From Bacillota bacterium (lineage in GTDB: Bacteria; Bacillota; Clostridia; Peptostreptococcales; Anaerovoracaceae): 64,000 bases of DNA. Positions within the stretch are counted from its first letter, which is position 1. Every line of letters begins with the position of its first letter. The notes beneath the pieces were generated by a model, which did no database searches, was not told the origin of the DNA, and saw only the letters and a program-made list of their open reading frames with translations. The stretch covers positions 14,032 to 78,031 of the forward strand of contig JAFYJM010000002.1 in assembly GCA_017538125.1 (NCBI GenBank), read 5' to 3'. A program made the translations under genes and the position numbers. Of this stretch, positions 46,841-55,143 are shown piece after piece.

Positions 46841-47569
46841 TTATTCTTCCAGAAGTTCAACTGCACAGTTGTGGTGGACCTTCTGTACGTCTTCGTTTTC
46901 TTCAAGGAGGCTGATCATCTTCGAAAGCCTCTTGATATCCTCCGGCTTCGGCGTAGCTTCTACCGTAGGAACTCTCTCGATGTCAGCTTCCACGAATTCG
47001 TATCCGCCTTCCTTGAGTGAAGTGAGCACATCAGCGAAATCTGCGGGATCAGTATAGATAACAAAGGAATCTCCCTCGTTGATCATATCGTCCGCCCCTG
47101 CTTCCAGAGCAGCGTCCATGACTTCATCTTCGTCCAGGTCGCCGTCCTCGTTGTCGATTACTATGACGCCCTTGGAATTGAACATATAAGATACGCAGCC
47201 CGGTGTGCCCAGGTTCCCTCCGTACTTATCAAAAGTGGAACGCACTGCTGATGTGGTCCTGTTCGAATTATCTGTAAGAGCTTCGACGATGACAGCTACT
47301 CCGCCGAGTCCGTAACCTTCAAAGGTCATCTCTTCGTAGCTTGCTCCGCCCAGCTCTCCTGTGCCTTTTTTGATAGCTCTCTGAATATTGTCATTGGGCA
47401 TCGAAATGGCTTTGGCCTTCTCGATAGCCAGTCTCAGAGAGGCATTGTAATCAGGATCTCCTCCGTCCTTAGCAGCTACTGTGATGGCCTTGGCGTATTT
47501 GGTGAACATTGCTGCTCTCTTTGAATCCTGTGCGGCCTTACGGCCTGCGATCGTACCGTGTCTTCCCAT
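46841..47569 (-). CDS. yebC: YebC/PmpR family DNA-binding transcriptional regulator
   Basis: 242 aa. MGRHGTIAGRKAAQDSKRAAMFTK N-terminus is diagnostic of the family. Confidence 0.92.
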   Translation of the reverse strand: MGRHGTIAGRKAAQDSKRAAMFTKYAKAITVAAKDGGDPDYNASLRLAIEKAKAISMPNDNIQRAIKKGTGELGGASYEEMTFEGYGLGGVAVIVEALTDNSNRTTSAVRSTFDKYGGNLGTPGCVSYMFNSKGVIVIDNEDGDLDEDEVMDAALEAGADDMINEGDSFVIYTDPADFADVLTSLKEGGYEFVEADIERVPTVEATPKPEDIKRLSKMISLLEENEDVQKVHHNCAVELLEE

Positions 47570-47603
47570 GAGACACCTCCCTCTCTAGTAATATTATGTG
47601 ATA

Positions 47604-47632
47604 ATTATACACCTTAATATTTATGATTTCAA
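47604..47632 (-). promoter_or_regulatory. Putative sigma-A promoter TTGAAA-17 nt-TATAAT for yebC
   Basis: Minus-strand -35 at 47627-47632 and -10 at 47604-47609, 17 nt spacer. GGGAGG RBS before the ATG at 47569. Confidence 0.55.
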
Positions 47633-47718
47633 GTGTATGATAGTCAAGGTGCGGGTATGTTTTATAGTGATCCGTTTGCTGCAGGTGCGAGTAAGTATTT
47701 TTGACAAACAAATCGCAT

Positions 47719-47778
47719 CAAAAATACGAGCACCCCACAGCGGTCCGGATTGTCATGGCGCACCGCCCTGTCCTGCTC
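47719..47778 (-). terminator. Intrinsic terminator after the GNAT gene
   Basis: Interrupted GC-rich stem GAGCAGGACAGGGCGGU...ACCGCUGUGGGGUGCUC (47728-47778) followed by GUAUUUUUG on the minus strand. Confidence 0.6.
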
Positions 47779-47782
47779 ACCA

Positions 47783-48325
47783 TTACAGCACCATCTCATA
47801 CAGCAGGAAGTCCGCGAGGCCCGTGTCTTCATAGAAGATCTGCTGCTCTGCGACCAATTTGAAGCCACACCTGGGATACAGCTGCTCGGCAGGAAGATTG
47901 CCCTTGAGCACGTCCAGACGGATGACTTTGCGGCCCTTGGCGCGGCAGACGTCCGCGCAATAGTAGACGAGTTTCTTGGCGAAGCCCCTGCCTGTGAAGT
48001 CGCTGTGTACCACCAGCAGATGGATCACGCCCACTTCTTCGGGCGCTACTTTAGTGGGCCAGTCCACGTCGTCGTAGATCTCGTCGTTTCCTGTGATCAC
48101 GGCAGCGCAGGCTATTCGCCCGTTTATCCTGCCGATGTGCATGGCGCCGCTCTCCACGTCCACGGCCAGGTCCCCGCGGGTCGGGTACACGTCCTTGGTC
48201 CACTTGGGTCCAAACTCCCGCTCGCCCTGATGGTCGATGATGTCGTAGTAGAAATCTATGATCTCCTCCAATTCGCTATGCTGAGCCTGACGAATGATCA
48301 GGTCTTTTTTAATGTCTTCAGTCAT
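47783..48325 (-). CDS. GNAT family N-acetyltransferase
   Basis: Acetyl-CoA motif HLLVVHSDFTGRGFAKKLV. The track ORF starts at 48370, but that ATG is embedded in a TGGTATAAT extended -10 element. The next ATG (48325, MTEDIKK) has GAAAGGA 7 nt upstream. Confidence 0.8.
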   Translation of the reverse strand: MTEDIKKDLIIRQAQHSELEEIIDFYYDIIDHQGEREFGPKWTKDVYPTRGDLAVDVESGAMHIGRINGRIACAAVITGNDEIYDDVDWPTKVAPEEVGVIHLLVVHSDFTGRGFAKKLVYYCADVCRAKGRKVIRLDVLKGNLPAEQLYPRCGFKLVAEQQIFYEDTGLADFLLYEMVL

Positions 48326-48368
48326 GGCGTGTCCTTTCTGGTCGGTCTTTATCTGCTTATCTGCCCCC

Positions 48369-48377
48369 ATTATACCA
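48369..48377 (-). promoter_or_regulatory. Extended -10 element TGGTATAAT, putative GNAT promoter
   Basis: The minus strand reads gatgTGGTATAATGgggg. No good -35, which is acceptable for extended -10 promoters. Confidence 0.4.
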
Positions 48378-48424
48378 CATCAGCTTTGAAAAACTCCCCT
48401 CTTTTCAAATTAATTGGGCGCGGG

Positions 48425-48790
48425 TTATACATAAAGCAGTGCATTTGATAGCTTTGTGTAAACACTCATATGCCTGGTTATACATAAGCCTATGAAAATG
48501 CCCCTTATGTATAAGCAATTAATTGCCTAGTTACACATTGATTCCTTTACAGGCGATTCATGTATAAGCAATTAACTGCCTGGTTACACATTGATTCCTT
48601 TATAGGCGATTCATGTATAAGCGACTGGTCGACATTATGCGCAAAACCATCTAATCCATGCCATAAAATGATCGATAGCTTACACATAAGCCGCCTTATG
48701 GGTGCTCCGTGTGTAAGCGGGCGAAGGTTTGCTTATACACATGCAATTATATAGGCGTTTTGTGTATAAGTGGGCGAAGGTTTGCGTTCT
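48425..48790. repeat. Array of about seven degenerate tandem units with 53 bp period. Each unit carries oppositely oriented copies of a TTAYACAYA motif (relaxed DnaA-box-like).
   Basis: - Near-identical 53 bp copies start at 48507, 48560 and 48613 (the last partial).
- GGGCGAAGGTTTGC occurs at 48718 and 48771, again 53 bp apart.
- Plus-orientation motifs: 48425, 48478, 48531, 48584 (exact 53 bp phasing), then 48680 and 48733.
- Minus-orientation motifs: 48455, 48506, 48559, 48612, 48710 and 48761.
- A 13th, degenerate copy, TTATGCGCA, lies at 48635.
- Exact TTATACACA occurs at 48733-48741 (plus orientation) and 48761-48769 (minus orientation). Confidence 0.85.
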
Positions 48791-48869
48791 AATATCCCCT
48801 TTTTTCCACAATAGCAAAAGATGCCCTTAATGCAAATCCCCCTAGTGGTTTAAATAACACCTTTCTCTA

Positions 48870-48925
48870 ACACAAAAGAGAGTGCCTCAAAAGGCCTTAA
48901 CACATAGCCTTTTGAGATACCCTCT
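48870..48925 (-). terminator. Strong intrinsic terminator after the 1407 aa gene
   Basis: Minus strand AGAGGGUAUCUCAAAAGGC-loop-GCCUUUUGAGGCACUCUCU (about 18 bp stem) followed by UUUUGUGUU. Confidence 0.8.
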
Positions 48926-48954
48926 TTGTTTCATACAGCCATATAATCTATGAC

Positions 48955-51900
48955 TTATTTCCCTAAATTGTGATGGGCGTTTGCCATCATCAACTTTATA
49001 CGATTGATCTGGTTTACGTTGGATGCGCCGGGGTCGTAGTCGATGGCCACGATATTGGCCTCAGGGAACTTCTCACGAATGGCTTTCATCATGCCCTTGC
49101 CGGTCACGTGGTTCGGAAGGCAGGCGAAAGGCTGCAGGCACGCGATGTTGGTCGCGCCTGACTCGATAAGATCGATCATCTCGCCTGTAAGGAGCCATCC
49201 CTCTCCACACTGGTTACCGGTGGACGCTATTGATGAAGCAGCTTTAGCGGTCTCCTCGATATGAGGCATCTCCTGGAAACGTTTGGACTCTCTCAGTGCT
49301 TTTCTAACAGGTCCTCTCACGAACTCGACGAATTTGATGCCGGCCATGTTTACCCTGTAGGCCTTCTTCGTGCCCGAGAGATGCTCGTAGTTGAATTTTT
49401 TGTTGTACATACCGTACATGAAGAAGTCAACGAGCTCTGGAACTACAGCCTCACCGCCCTCTTTCTCTATGAGTTCCACAATCTTGTTGTTGGCGTCCGG
49501 ATGATACTTGACAAGGATCTCACCTACTATGCCGACCTTTGGCTTCTTAACATCGTTCAAAGGAAGCTCATCGTACTCCCTGATGATCTCGGGTGCGGTC
49601 TTCCATAACTGCTTCAGACTGCCGTTCCTGCAGTTCTCGAGCACCTTTTCTTTATACTTGTCGCGGATAGCTTGGGCTGAACCCGGCGTGATCTCATAAG
49701 GTCTCGTAGCGTAGAGACATTTCTGGAACACGTCTCCGTAAACAGCCGCGATCAGAAGCCTTACAGCCATCTTTGAGTCTATCTTGAAGCCGGGATTCTT
49801 TTCGAGGATGCCGGTATTGAAACTTATGACAGGAATCTGCTCCATGTTGAGATCCTTCAGGGCCTTCCTCAAGAGCGCCACGTAGTTGGAAGCTCTGCAG
49901 CCTCCGCCAGTCTGGGCCATGATAAGAGCGGTCTTGTCCGGATCATATTTGCCCGTCTTGAGTTCTCTTATCATCTGGCCGAGGGTCACCAGGGTCGGAT
50001 AACAGGCGTCGTTATTGACGTATCTCAGGCCTTCCTGGATGCCTTCTCCATTGGTGTCCTCCGGAAGGAGCACAGCATTATACCCGCATGATCTCACAGC
50101 TTCTTCCAGATACTCGAAGTGCAAAGGACTCATCTGCGGCACCAGTATGGTATAGTCCTTCTTCATTTCCTTGGTGAAGACCTTTCTGATGAAGGGCTGG
50201 TGTCCGCCTGTCGGCCTTATGCCGTTCTTTTCACGCTCTTCCATAGCGGCTTTCAGAGATCTGATACGGATCTTGATGGCGCCTAGGTTGTTACCCTCGT
50301 CGATCTTGATGAGAGTATAGAGCTTGTTAGCTGACTCGAGGAGTTCCATTACCTCGTCTGTCGTGATCGCGTCCACTCCGCAGCCGAAAGAATTGAGCTG
50401 CACGAGTTCTACGTCTGTCATGTCTTCTATTACGTTAGCTGCCCTGTAAAGCCTCGAATGGTAAGTCCACTGGTCGAGCACCCTGACAGGTCTCTCCAGA
50501 GATCTCAGGTCGCAGATCGAGTCTTCGCTCAAGACGACCAGGTTGAAGGAAGTGATCATCTTGTCGATGCCATGATTTATCTCAGTATCGAGATGATAAG
50601 GACGTCCTGCCAGCACAATGGACTTCAGGCCGTGATCCTTTGCATATTGAAGAGCGCGTTTGCCCTCTTCTCTGACGTCTTCCTTGAACCTCAACTGCTC
50701 TTTTCTGGCTTCGGATACTGCGTTCCTGATCTCTTTCTCTTTTATGCCGTAACTTCCAAGAAGTTCGTGCATTCGTTTGACAAGTCTATCGTCGTTATCG
50801 TAAGGCACGAACGGATGGAAAAAGTCCACGTCGTATCTCTTGAAGTCGTGGCTCATATTGTTGGCTATAACTTCAGGATAAGTCGCTACGACCGGGCAGT
50901 TATAGTGATTCGGAGCGTTAGGATCCTCGATCCACTCATAGTTTATGCACGGATAGAAGATCTTTTTCTCGCCCATGTCGATCAGCTCACGGACGTGACC
51001 GTGTACGATCTTCGCGGGATAGCACGCGGTATCGGAGCTGATGTATTCCATACCTTTCTGGTAGATGTCCTTGGTCGACATCGGGCTCAGGACAACTCTG
51101 TATTTCAGTTCAGTAAAGAATGTGAACCAGAACGGATAATCTTCATATATGTTGAGAACTCTCGGTATGGCTATATGGCCTCTTCTGGCCTTTTCTTCGG
51201 CGAGAGGTTCATAATAGTCAAAGAGTCTCCTCAGCTTGTACTGATAAAGGTTCGGCAGATCATCATGCGTGAGATCCAGTCCTGCACCCTTCTCACAGCG
51301 GTTGCCTGTGATATATCTCTTCTTGTCACCGAACTTGGTTATCGTCAGCAGACAGTTGTTTTCGCATCTTCTGCAGCGACCATTTCTGGACTCATAGGCG
51401 AACTCTTCCAGTTCCTCGGACCTCAGTATGCCGGATACCGCGCCGCAGTCCGCCTTCTCCAGAGAGTTCAGCGCGCAGCCGTAAGCGCCCATAATGCCCG
51501 CGATATCGGGACGGACGACCTCACGTCCAAGAACCTTCTCTATCGCCCTCAAGCAAGATTCGTTATAGAAGGTACCGCCCTGGACTACGATCTTCTCGCC
51601 GGCTTCCTCAGGATTGCGGAGCTTGATGACTTTATATAAGGCGTTCTTTATGACGGAGTACGAAAGCCCTGCCGCGATATCTCCAATCGACGCTCCTTCC
51701 TTCTGGGCCTGCTTGACCATGGAGTTCATGAAGACGGTACATCTGGTTCCCAGGTCTACGGGTGCCTGCGAGAGCAGTCCGACCTTGGCAAACTCTTCTA
51801 CCGGCAGATCCACAGACTTGGCGTAGGTCTCAATGAAAGACCCGCAGCCGGAGGAACATGCCTCGTTCAGCATGATGTTGTGGATGGCGCCGTTTCTGAT

Positions 51901-53178
51901 CCTCATGCACTTCATGTCCTGACCGCCTATGTCAAGGATGAAGTCCACGCCAGGCAAGAACTGCTCTGCCGCCTTATAGTGAGCCATGGTCTCGATGATG
52001 CCTTCGTCAGCATTGAAGCCAGCCTGGATCAGACCTTCGCCGTAGCCTGTGACGGTAGTCCTCGAGATGAAGCAGTCAGGCGGAAGCTTGTCATATATTT
52101 CCTTGAGGAAGCCTCTGGTCGTTTCCAGAGGATTGCCTTCGTTATTTTTGTAAAAGCTGTATACTAGATTCCTGTCCGCGTCTATCAAAGCAGCCTTGGT
52201 CGTGGTCGAGCCCGCGTCGATTCCAAGATACAGAGGCCCCTCGCACTCGGAGAGATCCTTCCTGTTTATCTTTGCTCTGGCATGGCGCGTTCTGAATTCC
52301 TCGAGTTCGGCCTCGTCCCTGAACAAAGGCTCAGTCCTCTTGGATGCCCTGTTCTGTGAACTGTCTATGTTCTTAAGAGAATCTACGAGACTGCTGATCG
52401 TGACTTCTTTCTTATCGTCAGCCATTAGCGCTGCTCCGATAGCCACGAAGTACTGAGAGTTCTCAGGGAAAATGACCTCATCCTCTTTTAGGCCCAGAGT
52501 CTCGGTGAAACGTTTCCTGAGCTCTGAAAGATAGCTGAGAGGTCCTCCCAGATAAGCCACGTGTCCTTCTATCTTGTGGCCGCAGGCCAGGCCTGAAATC
52601 GTCTGATTCACTACAGCCTGAAAAATAGATGCAGCCAGGTTGGACGTGGATGCGCCTTCGTTGATCAGAGGCTGGATGTCAGTCTTAGCGAATACTCCGC
52701 AGCGCGCAGCGATCGGATAGATCGTGTCATAATCCTTAGCGGCCTCGTTCAGCCCATCGCCGTCTGTATTTAAGAGTATAGCCATCTGGTCGATAAAAGC
52801 TCCCGTGCCTCCGGCGCAGGTGCCGTTCATCCTCTGCTCCACAGTAGCTCCGAAAAAGGTTATCTTGGCATCCTCTCCGCCCAGCTCGATCACGCAGTCC
52901 GTCTCGGGGATAAGGTTCTTGACCGCTATGGAACACGTGACGACTTCCTGTTCGAAAGGAAGCTTAAGGCTCTCGGCAAGCTGCAGGCCTCCGGAACCTG
53001 TGATAACCACTCTGACCTTCTCGTCCCCTCTGTCTTTCAGTATCTCCTCGAGGAGCTCCTGAGCTTTTTCAAAGACGCTGGACATGTGCCTTTCATAGCG
53101 CTTATATAGAATATTGTTTTCATCGTCCATCAAAACGACTTTGACCGTCGTGGACCCAATATCGATTCCCAGTTTCAT
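48955..53178 (-). CDS. 1407 aa fusion of two BcrAD/BadFG-type (HgdC-like) ATPase activase domains with a 2-hydroxyacyl-CoA dehydratase-like / DUF2229-like C-terminal region. Substrate unknown.
   Basis: Two ASKHA starts (MKLGIDIGSTTVKVVL at aa 1; LYLGIDAGSTTTKAAL at aa 317). Two Cys pairs with identical 39-residue spacing (C121/C160 and C441/C480) in NGTCAGGTG / ARCGVF and NEACSSGCG / TRCTVF contexts. A Cys-rich linker (CRRCENNC), then about 770 aa of dehydratase-component-like sequence. Confidence 0.7.
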   Translation of the reverse strand: MKLGIDIGSTTVKVVLMDDENNILYKRYERHMSSVFEKAQELLEEILKDRGDEKVRVVITGSGGLQLAESLKLPFEQEVVTCSIAVKNLIPETDCVIELGGEDAKITFFGATVEQRMNGTCAGGTGAFIDQMAILLNTDGDGLNEAAKDYDTIYPIAARCGVFAKTDIQPLINEGASTSNLAASIFQAVVNQTISGLACGHKIEGHVAYLGGPLSYLSELRKRFTETLGLKEDEVIFPENSQYFVAIGAALMADDKKEVTISSLVDSLKNIDSSQNRASKRTEPLFRDEAELEEFRTRHARAKINRKDLSECEGPLYLGIDAGSTTTKAALIDADRNLVYSFYKNNEGNPLETTRGFLKEIYDKLPPDCFISRTTVTGYGEGLIQAGFNADEGIIETMAHYKAAEQFLPGVDFILDIGGQDMKCMRIRNGAIHNIMLNEACSSGCGSFIETYAKSVDLPVEEFAKVGLLSQAPVDLGTRCTVFMNSMVKQAQKEGASIGDIAAGLSYSVIKNALYKVIKLRNPEEAGEKIVVQGGTFYNESCLRAIEKVLGREVVRPDIAGIMGAYGCALNSLEKADCGAVSGILRSEELEEFAYESRNGRCRRCENNCLLTITKFGDKKRYITGNRCEKGAGLDLTHDDLPNLYQYKLRRLFDYYEPLAEEKARRGHIAIPRVLNIYEDYPFWFTFFTELKYRVVLSPMSTKDIYQKGMEYISSDTACYPAKIVHGHVRELIDMGEKKIFYPCINYEWIEDPNAPNHYNCPVVATYPEVIANNMSHDFKRYDVDFFHPFVPYDNDDRLVKRMHELLGSYGIKEKEIRNAVSEARKEQLRFKEDVREEGKRALQYAKDHGLKSIVLAGRPYHLDTEINHGIDKMITSFNLVVLSEDSICDLRSLERPVRVLDQWTYHSRLYRAANVIEDMTDVELVQLNSFGCGVDAITTDEVMELLESANKLYTLIKIDEGNNLGAIKIRIRSLKAAMEEREKNGIRPTGGHQPFIRKVFTKEMKKDYTILVPQMSPLHFEYLEEAVRSCGYNAVLLPEDTNGEGIQEGLRYVNNDACYPTLVTLGQMIRELKTGKYDPDKTALIMAQTGGGCRASNYVALLRKALKDLNMEQIPVISFNTGILEKNPGFKIDSKMAVRLLIAAVYGDVFQKCLYATRPYEITPGSAQAIRDKYKEKVLENCRNGSLKQLWKTAPEIIREYDELPLNDVKKPKVGIVGEILVKYHPDANNKIVELIEKEGGEAVVPELVDFFMYGMYNKKFNYEHLSGTKKAYRVNMAGIKFVEFVRGPVRKALRESKRFQEMPHIEETAKAASSIASTGNQCGEGWLLTGEMIDLIESGATNIACLQPFACLPNHVTGKGMMKAIREKFPEANIVAIDYDPGASNVNQINRIKLMMANAHHNLGK

Positions 53179-53265
53179 TATAAAAACCTCCGAGTGTATT
53201 GTAACTCAGAGGCGATTAAAAGTGTGTTAATTTTGTAAAAAACTTGCTAAGAAAGTGCTAACGAT

Positions 53266-54666
53266 TTATAACACGTCAACTTCATACTTATAAAGCCTGT
53301 GCAGCATAGCGAAGCTGTAGATCAGGCCCAGCACTTCGCCGATCGGGAAGCTGAACCATGAGAGTGTCACCCCTCCGATCCTGGCCAGCAGAAAAGCGAA
53401 AGGCACAATGCCGATCAGCTGTCTTATGAATGAGCAGACAAGGCTGTATACTCCGTGTCCGGTTGCCTGGAAAGTCGTGCCGTTCATGATGCCGAAGGCC
53501 GCCGGAATGAAGTTGATGCTGATTATCCTAAGAGCAGGTATGCCATATTCGAGCATCTTAGGCGAAGCGTCGAAGATTCCAAGCAGTTTGTCAGGGAAGA
53601 GCTGGAACAGCAGTAAACCGATGACCATGAAGAACAAGGCGAATCTGATGCCCTCTCTCCTGGCTTCCTTGACCCTTTCCCTGTTCCTCGCACCGAAGTT
53701 GTATCCTATGATCGGAAGAACTCCCTGATTGAGACCGAATACAGGCATGAATACGAAGCTCTGGATCTTGAAATACACTCCGAGCACCGCAACTGCAGTC
53801 GTAGAATAGCTCACAAGGATCATATTGTAAAGAAGGTTCATGACGGAGGCTATACTCTGCATGACTATAGACGGAAGTCCGACCTGATATATCTCTTTGA
53901 TGATGCGCCACTCGAGCCTGAAGCCCTTGAAGCTTATGTTCACTAAATGACGACCCTTCTTTGCGCCTCCGAAAAGAATGGTCATACCGCAGATGAAACT
54001 GACCACCTGGCCGATGACAGTAGCGACTGCAGCCCCCACTACACCGAGTTTGGGGAAGCCAAGAAGGCCGAAGATCATGATCGGGTCGAGGATCAGATTG
54101 ACGACAGCGCCGGCGAGCGAGCAAAACATCGGTGCCTTCATATTGCCGGTGGCTTGAAGGATCTTTTCGATGATCATCTGTACGAAGATGAAAAGCGATC
54201 CGCAGCAGACGATCTCCAGATACTGGATGGCAGCCGTGTGTATGTACGTGCCTTCTGCAGCATAGGCTCCTACGAAAAGCCCGGGGACAAGTATGCCTAT
54301 CAGGAAGAAAAGCATCCAGTTGAACACGCCTAGCACGAGACCGGTAGTCGCTGTCTTGTCTGCGTCCTCCTGTCTCTTGGCTCCGAGACGTCTCGATATC
54401 AGCGAGTTGATTCCGACACCGGTGCCAACGCCTACCGCTATGATCATCATCTGAAGCGGTGCGATGATAGATACCGCCGTCAGTGCGTCTTCGGAGATCT
54501 TCGCGACAAAATAACTGTCCACGATATTATAAAGCGCGTGGATGGTCATCGAAATGATAGCGGGCATTGACATGCTGAAGATCAGCTTCCTGATGGGCAT
54601 GACGCCCATCTTGTTCTCGCCGGCCAGAGCATTCTTTTCAGTTGTGAGTTCTTTGTTGCCGTTCAT
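53266..54666 (-). CDS. MATE family efflux transporter
   Basis: 466 aa, 12 predicted TM helices. N-terminal PIRKLIFSMSMPAIISMTIHALYNIVDSYFV is typical of the MATE/NorM family. Confidence 0.88.
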   Translation of the reverse strand: MNGNKELTTEKNALAGENKMGVMPIRKLIFSMSMPAIISMTIHALYNIVDSYFVAKISEDALTAVSIIAPLQMMIIAVGVGTGVGINSLISRRLGAKRQEDADKTATTGLVLGVFNWMLFFLIGILVPGLFVGAYAAEGTYIHTAAIQYLEIVCCGSLFIFVQMIIEKILQATGNMKAPMFCSLAGAVVNLILDPIMIFGLLGFPKLGVVGAAVATVIGQVVSFICGMTILFGGAKKGRHLVNISFKGFRLEWRIIKEIYQVGLPSIVMQSIASVMNLLYNMILVSYSTTAVAVLGVYFKIQSFVFMPVFGLNQGVLPIIGYNFGARNRERVKEARREGIRFALFFMVIGLLLFQLFPDKLLGIFDASPKMLEYGIPALRIISINFIPAAFGIMNGTTFQATGHGVYSLVCSFIRQLIGIVPFAFLLARIGGVTLSWFSFPIGEVLGLIYSFAMLHRLYKYEVDVL

Positions 54667-54694
54667 TTATACCCTCAAAAAATCGTACCAGCAG

Positions 54695-54723
54695 ATTATA
54701 CAACAAAACACTTGCATTTTCAA
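54695..54723 (-). promoter_or_regulatory. Putative sigma-A promoter TTGAAA-17 nt-TATAAT for the MATE gene
   Basis: Minus-strand -35 at 54718-54723 and -10 at 54695-54700. GAGGGT RBS before the ATG at 54666. Confidence 0.5.
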
Positions 54724-54739
54724 GCAGTTGTTGTATAAT
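54712..54739 (+). promoter_or_regulatory. Putative sigma-A promoter TTGCAT-16 nt-TATAAT for rnpB
   Basis: Plus-strand -35 at 54712-54717 and -10 at 54734-54739. The predicted start near 54746 coincides with the 5' strand of helix P1. Confidence 0.55.
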
Positions 54740-54745
54740 ACAGTC

Positions 54746-55098
54746 CTGGGTCCGGCAGACGGTCGCGCAACCCTGCTTCGTTAGAGATGTGAGGAAAGTC
54801 CGGGCTCCATAGAGCAAGGGTGCCTGATAACGTCAGGCGTAGGTAACTATAGGGAAAGTGCAACAGAAAATACTCCGCCGAAACAGTTAGGCTGTGGTAA
54901 GGTTGAAATGGCGAGGTAAGAGCTCACCGGCGTCCCGGAGACGGGGCGGCCTTGTAAACCCCACCCGGAGCAAGACCAAATAAGGGCCAAAGGCGGCTGC
55001 TCGTCGCCTCCTGAGAGGTAGGTCGCTGGAGCTGCATAGCGATATGCAGTCGAGATAGATGATCGTCTAATACAGAACCCGGCTTACAGCCGGGCCCA
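54746..55098 (+). ncRNA. rnpB: RNase P RNA, bacterial type A
   Basis: - Universally conserved GAGGAAAGTCCGGGCTCC at 54791-54808.
- GGGAAAGTGCAACAGAAAATA.
- ACAGAACCCGGCTTA at 55072-55086.
- P1 pairing GGGTCCGGC (54748-54756) with GCCGGGCCC (55089-55097).
- Overall similarity to the E. coli type A layout. Confidence 0.93.
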
Positions 55099-55105
55099 TC
55101 AATCA

Positions 55106-55140
55106 CAAAAAATCCGCATCATAGAATGCGGATTTTTGTT
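55106..55140. terminator. Bidirectional intrinsic terminator shared by rnpB (+) and prfC (-)
   Basis: Stem AATCCGCAT/ATGCGGATT (55111-55134) flanked by A5 and T-rich tracts. Confidence 0.8.
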
Positions 55141-55143
55141 TTA

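Noticed and set aside
48507-48665. CRISPR array, suggested by the 53 bp direct repeats
   Set aside because: The copies abut one another with no unique spacers. Only about 2.3 well-conserved copies exist, no cas genes are present, and the repeat is itself composed of shorter inverted motifs.
48560-48754. 64 aa plus-strand ORF inside the repeat array
   Set aside because: It reads straight through tandem repeats, has no RBS, and its repetitive, Cys/His-rich translation is an artefact of the repeats.
48371-48954. Chromosomal replication origin (oriC), suggested by the cluster of DnaA-box-like motifs
   Set aside because: Genes on both sides run in the same (minus) direction, so there is no leading-strand switch. 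No dnaA/dnaN/rpmH is nearby, and I see no obvious AT-rich 13-mer unwinding element. An extra-origin box cluster or another regulator's site array is more plausible.
50458-51639. 393 aa plus-strand ORF
   Set aside because: Antisense to the 1407 aa activase/dehydratase-like gene, with no motifs. It is typical of the shadow frames seen in this window. The same applies to 8666-9589, 9653-10603, 39134-40117, 45465-46337 and 30011-30697.
54924-55106. 60 aa minus-strand ORF in the track
   Set aside because: It lies entirely inside the RNase P RNA gene (rnpB) on the opposite strand, so it is a chance ORF.
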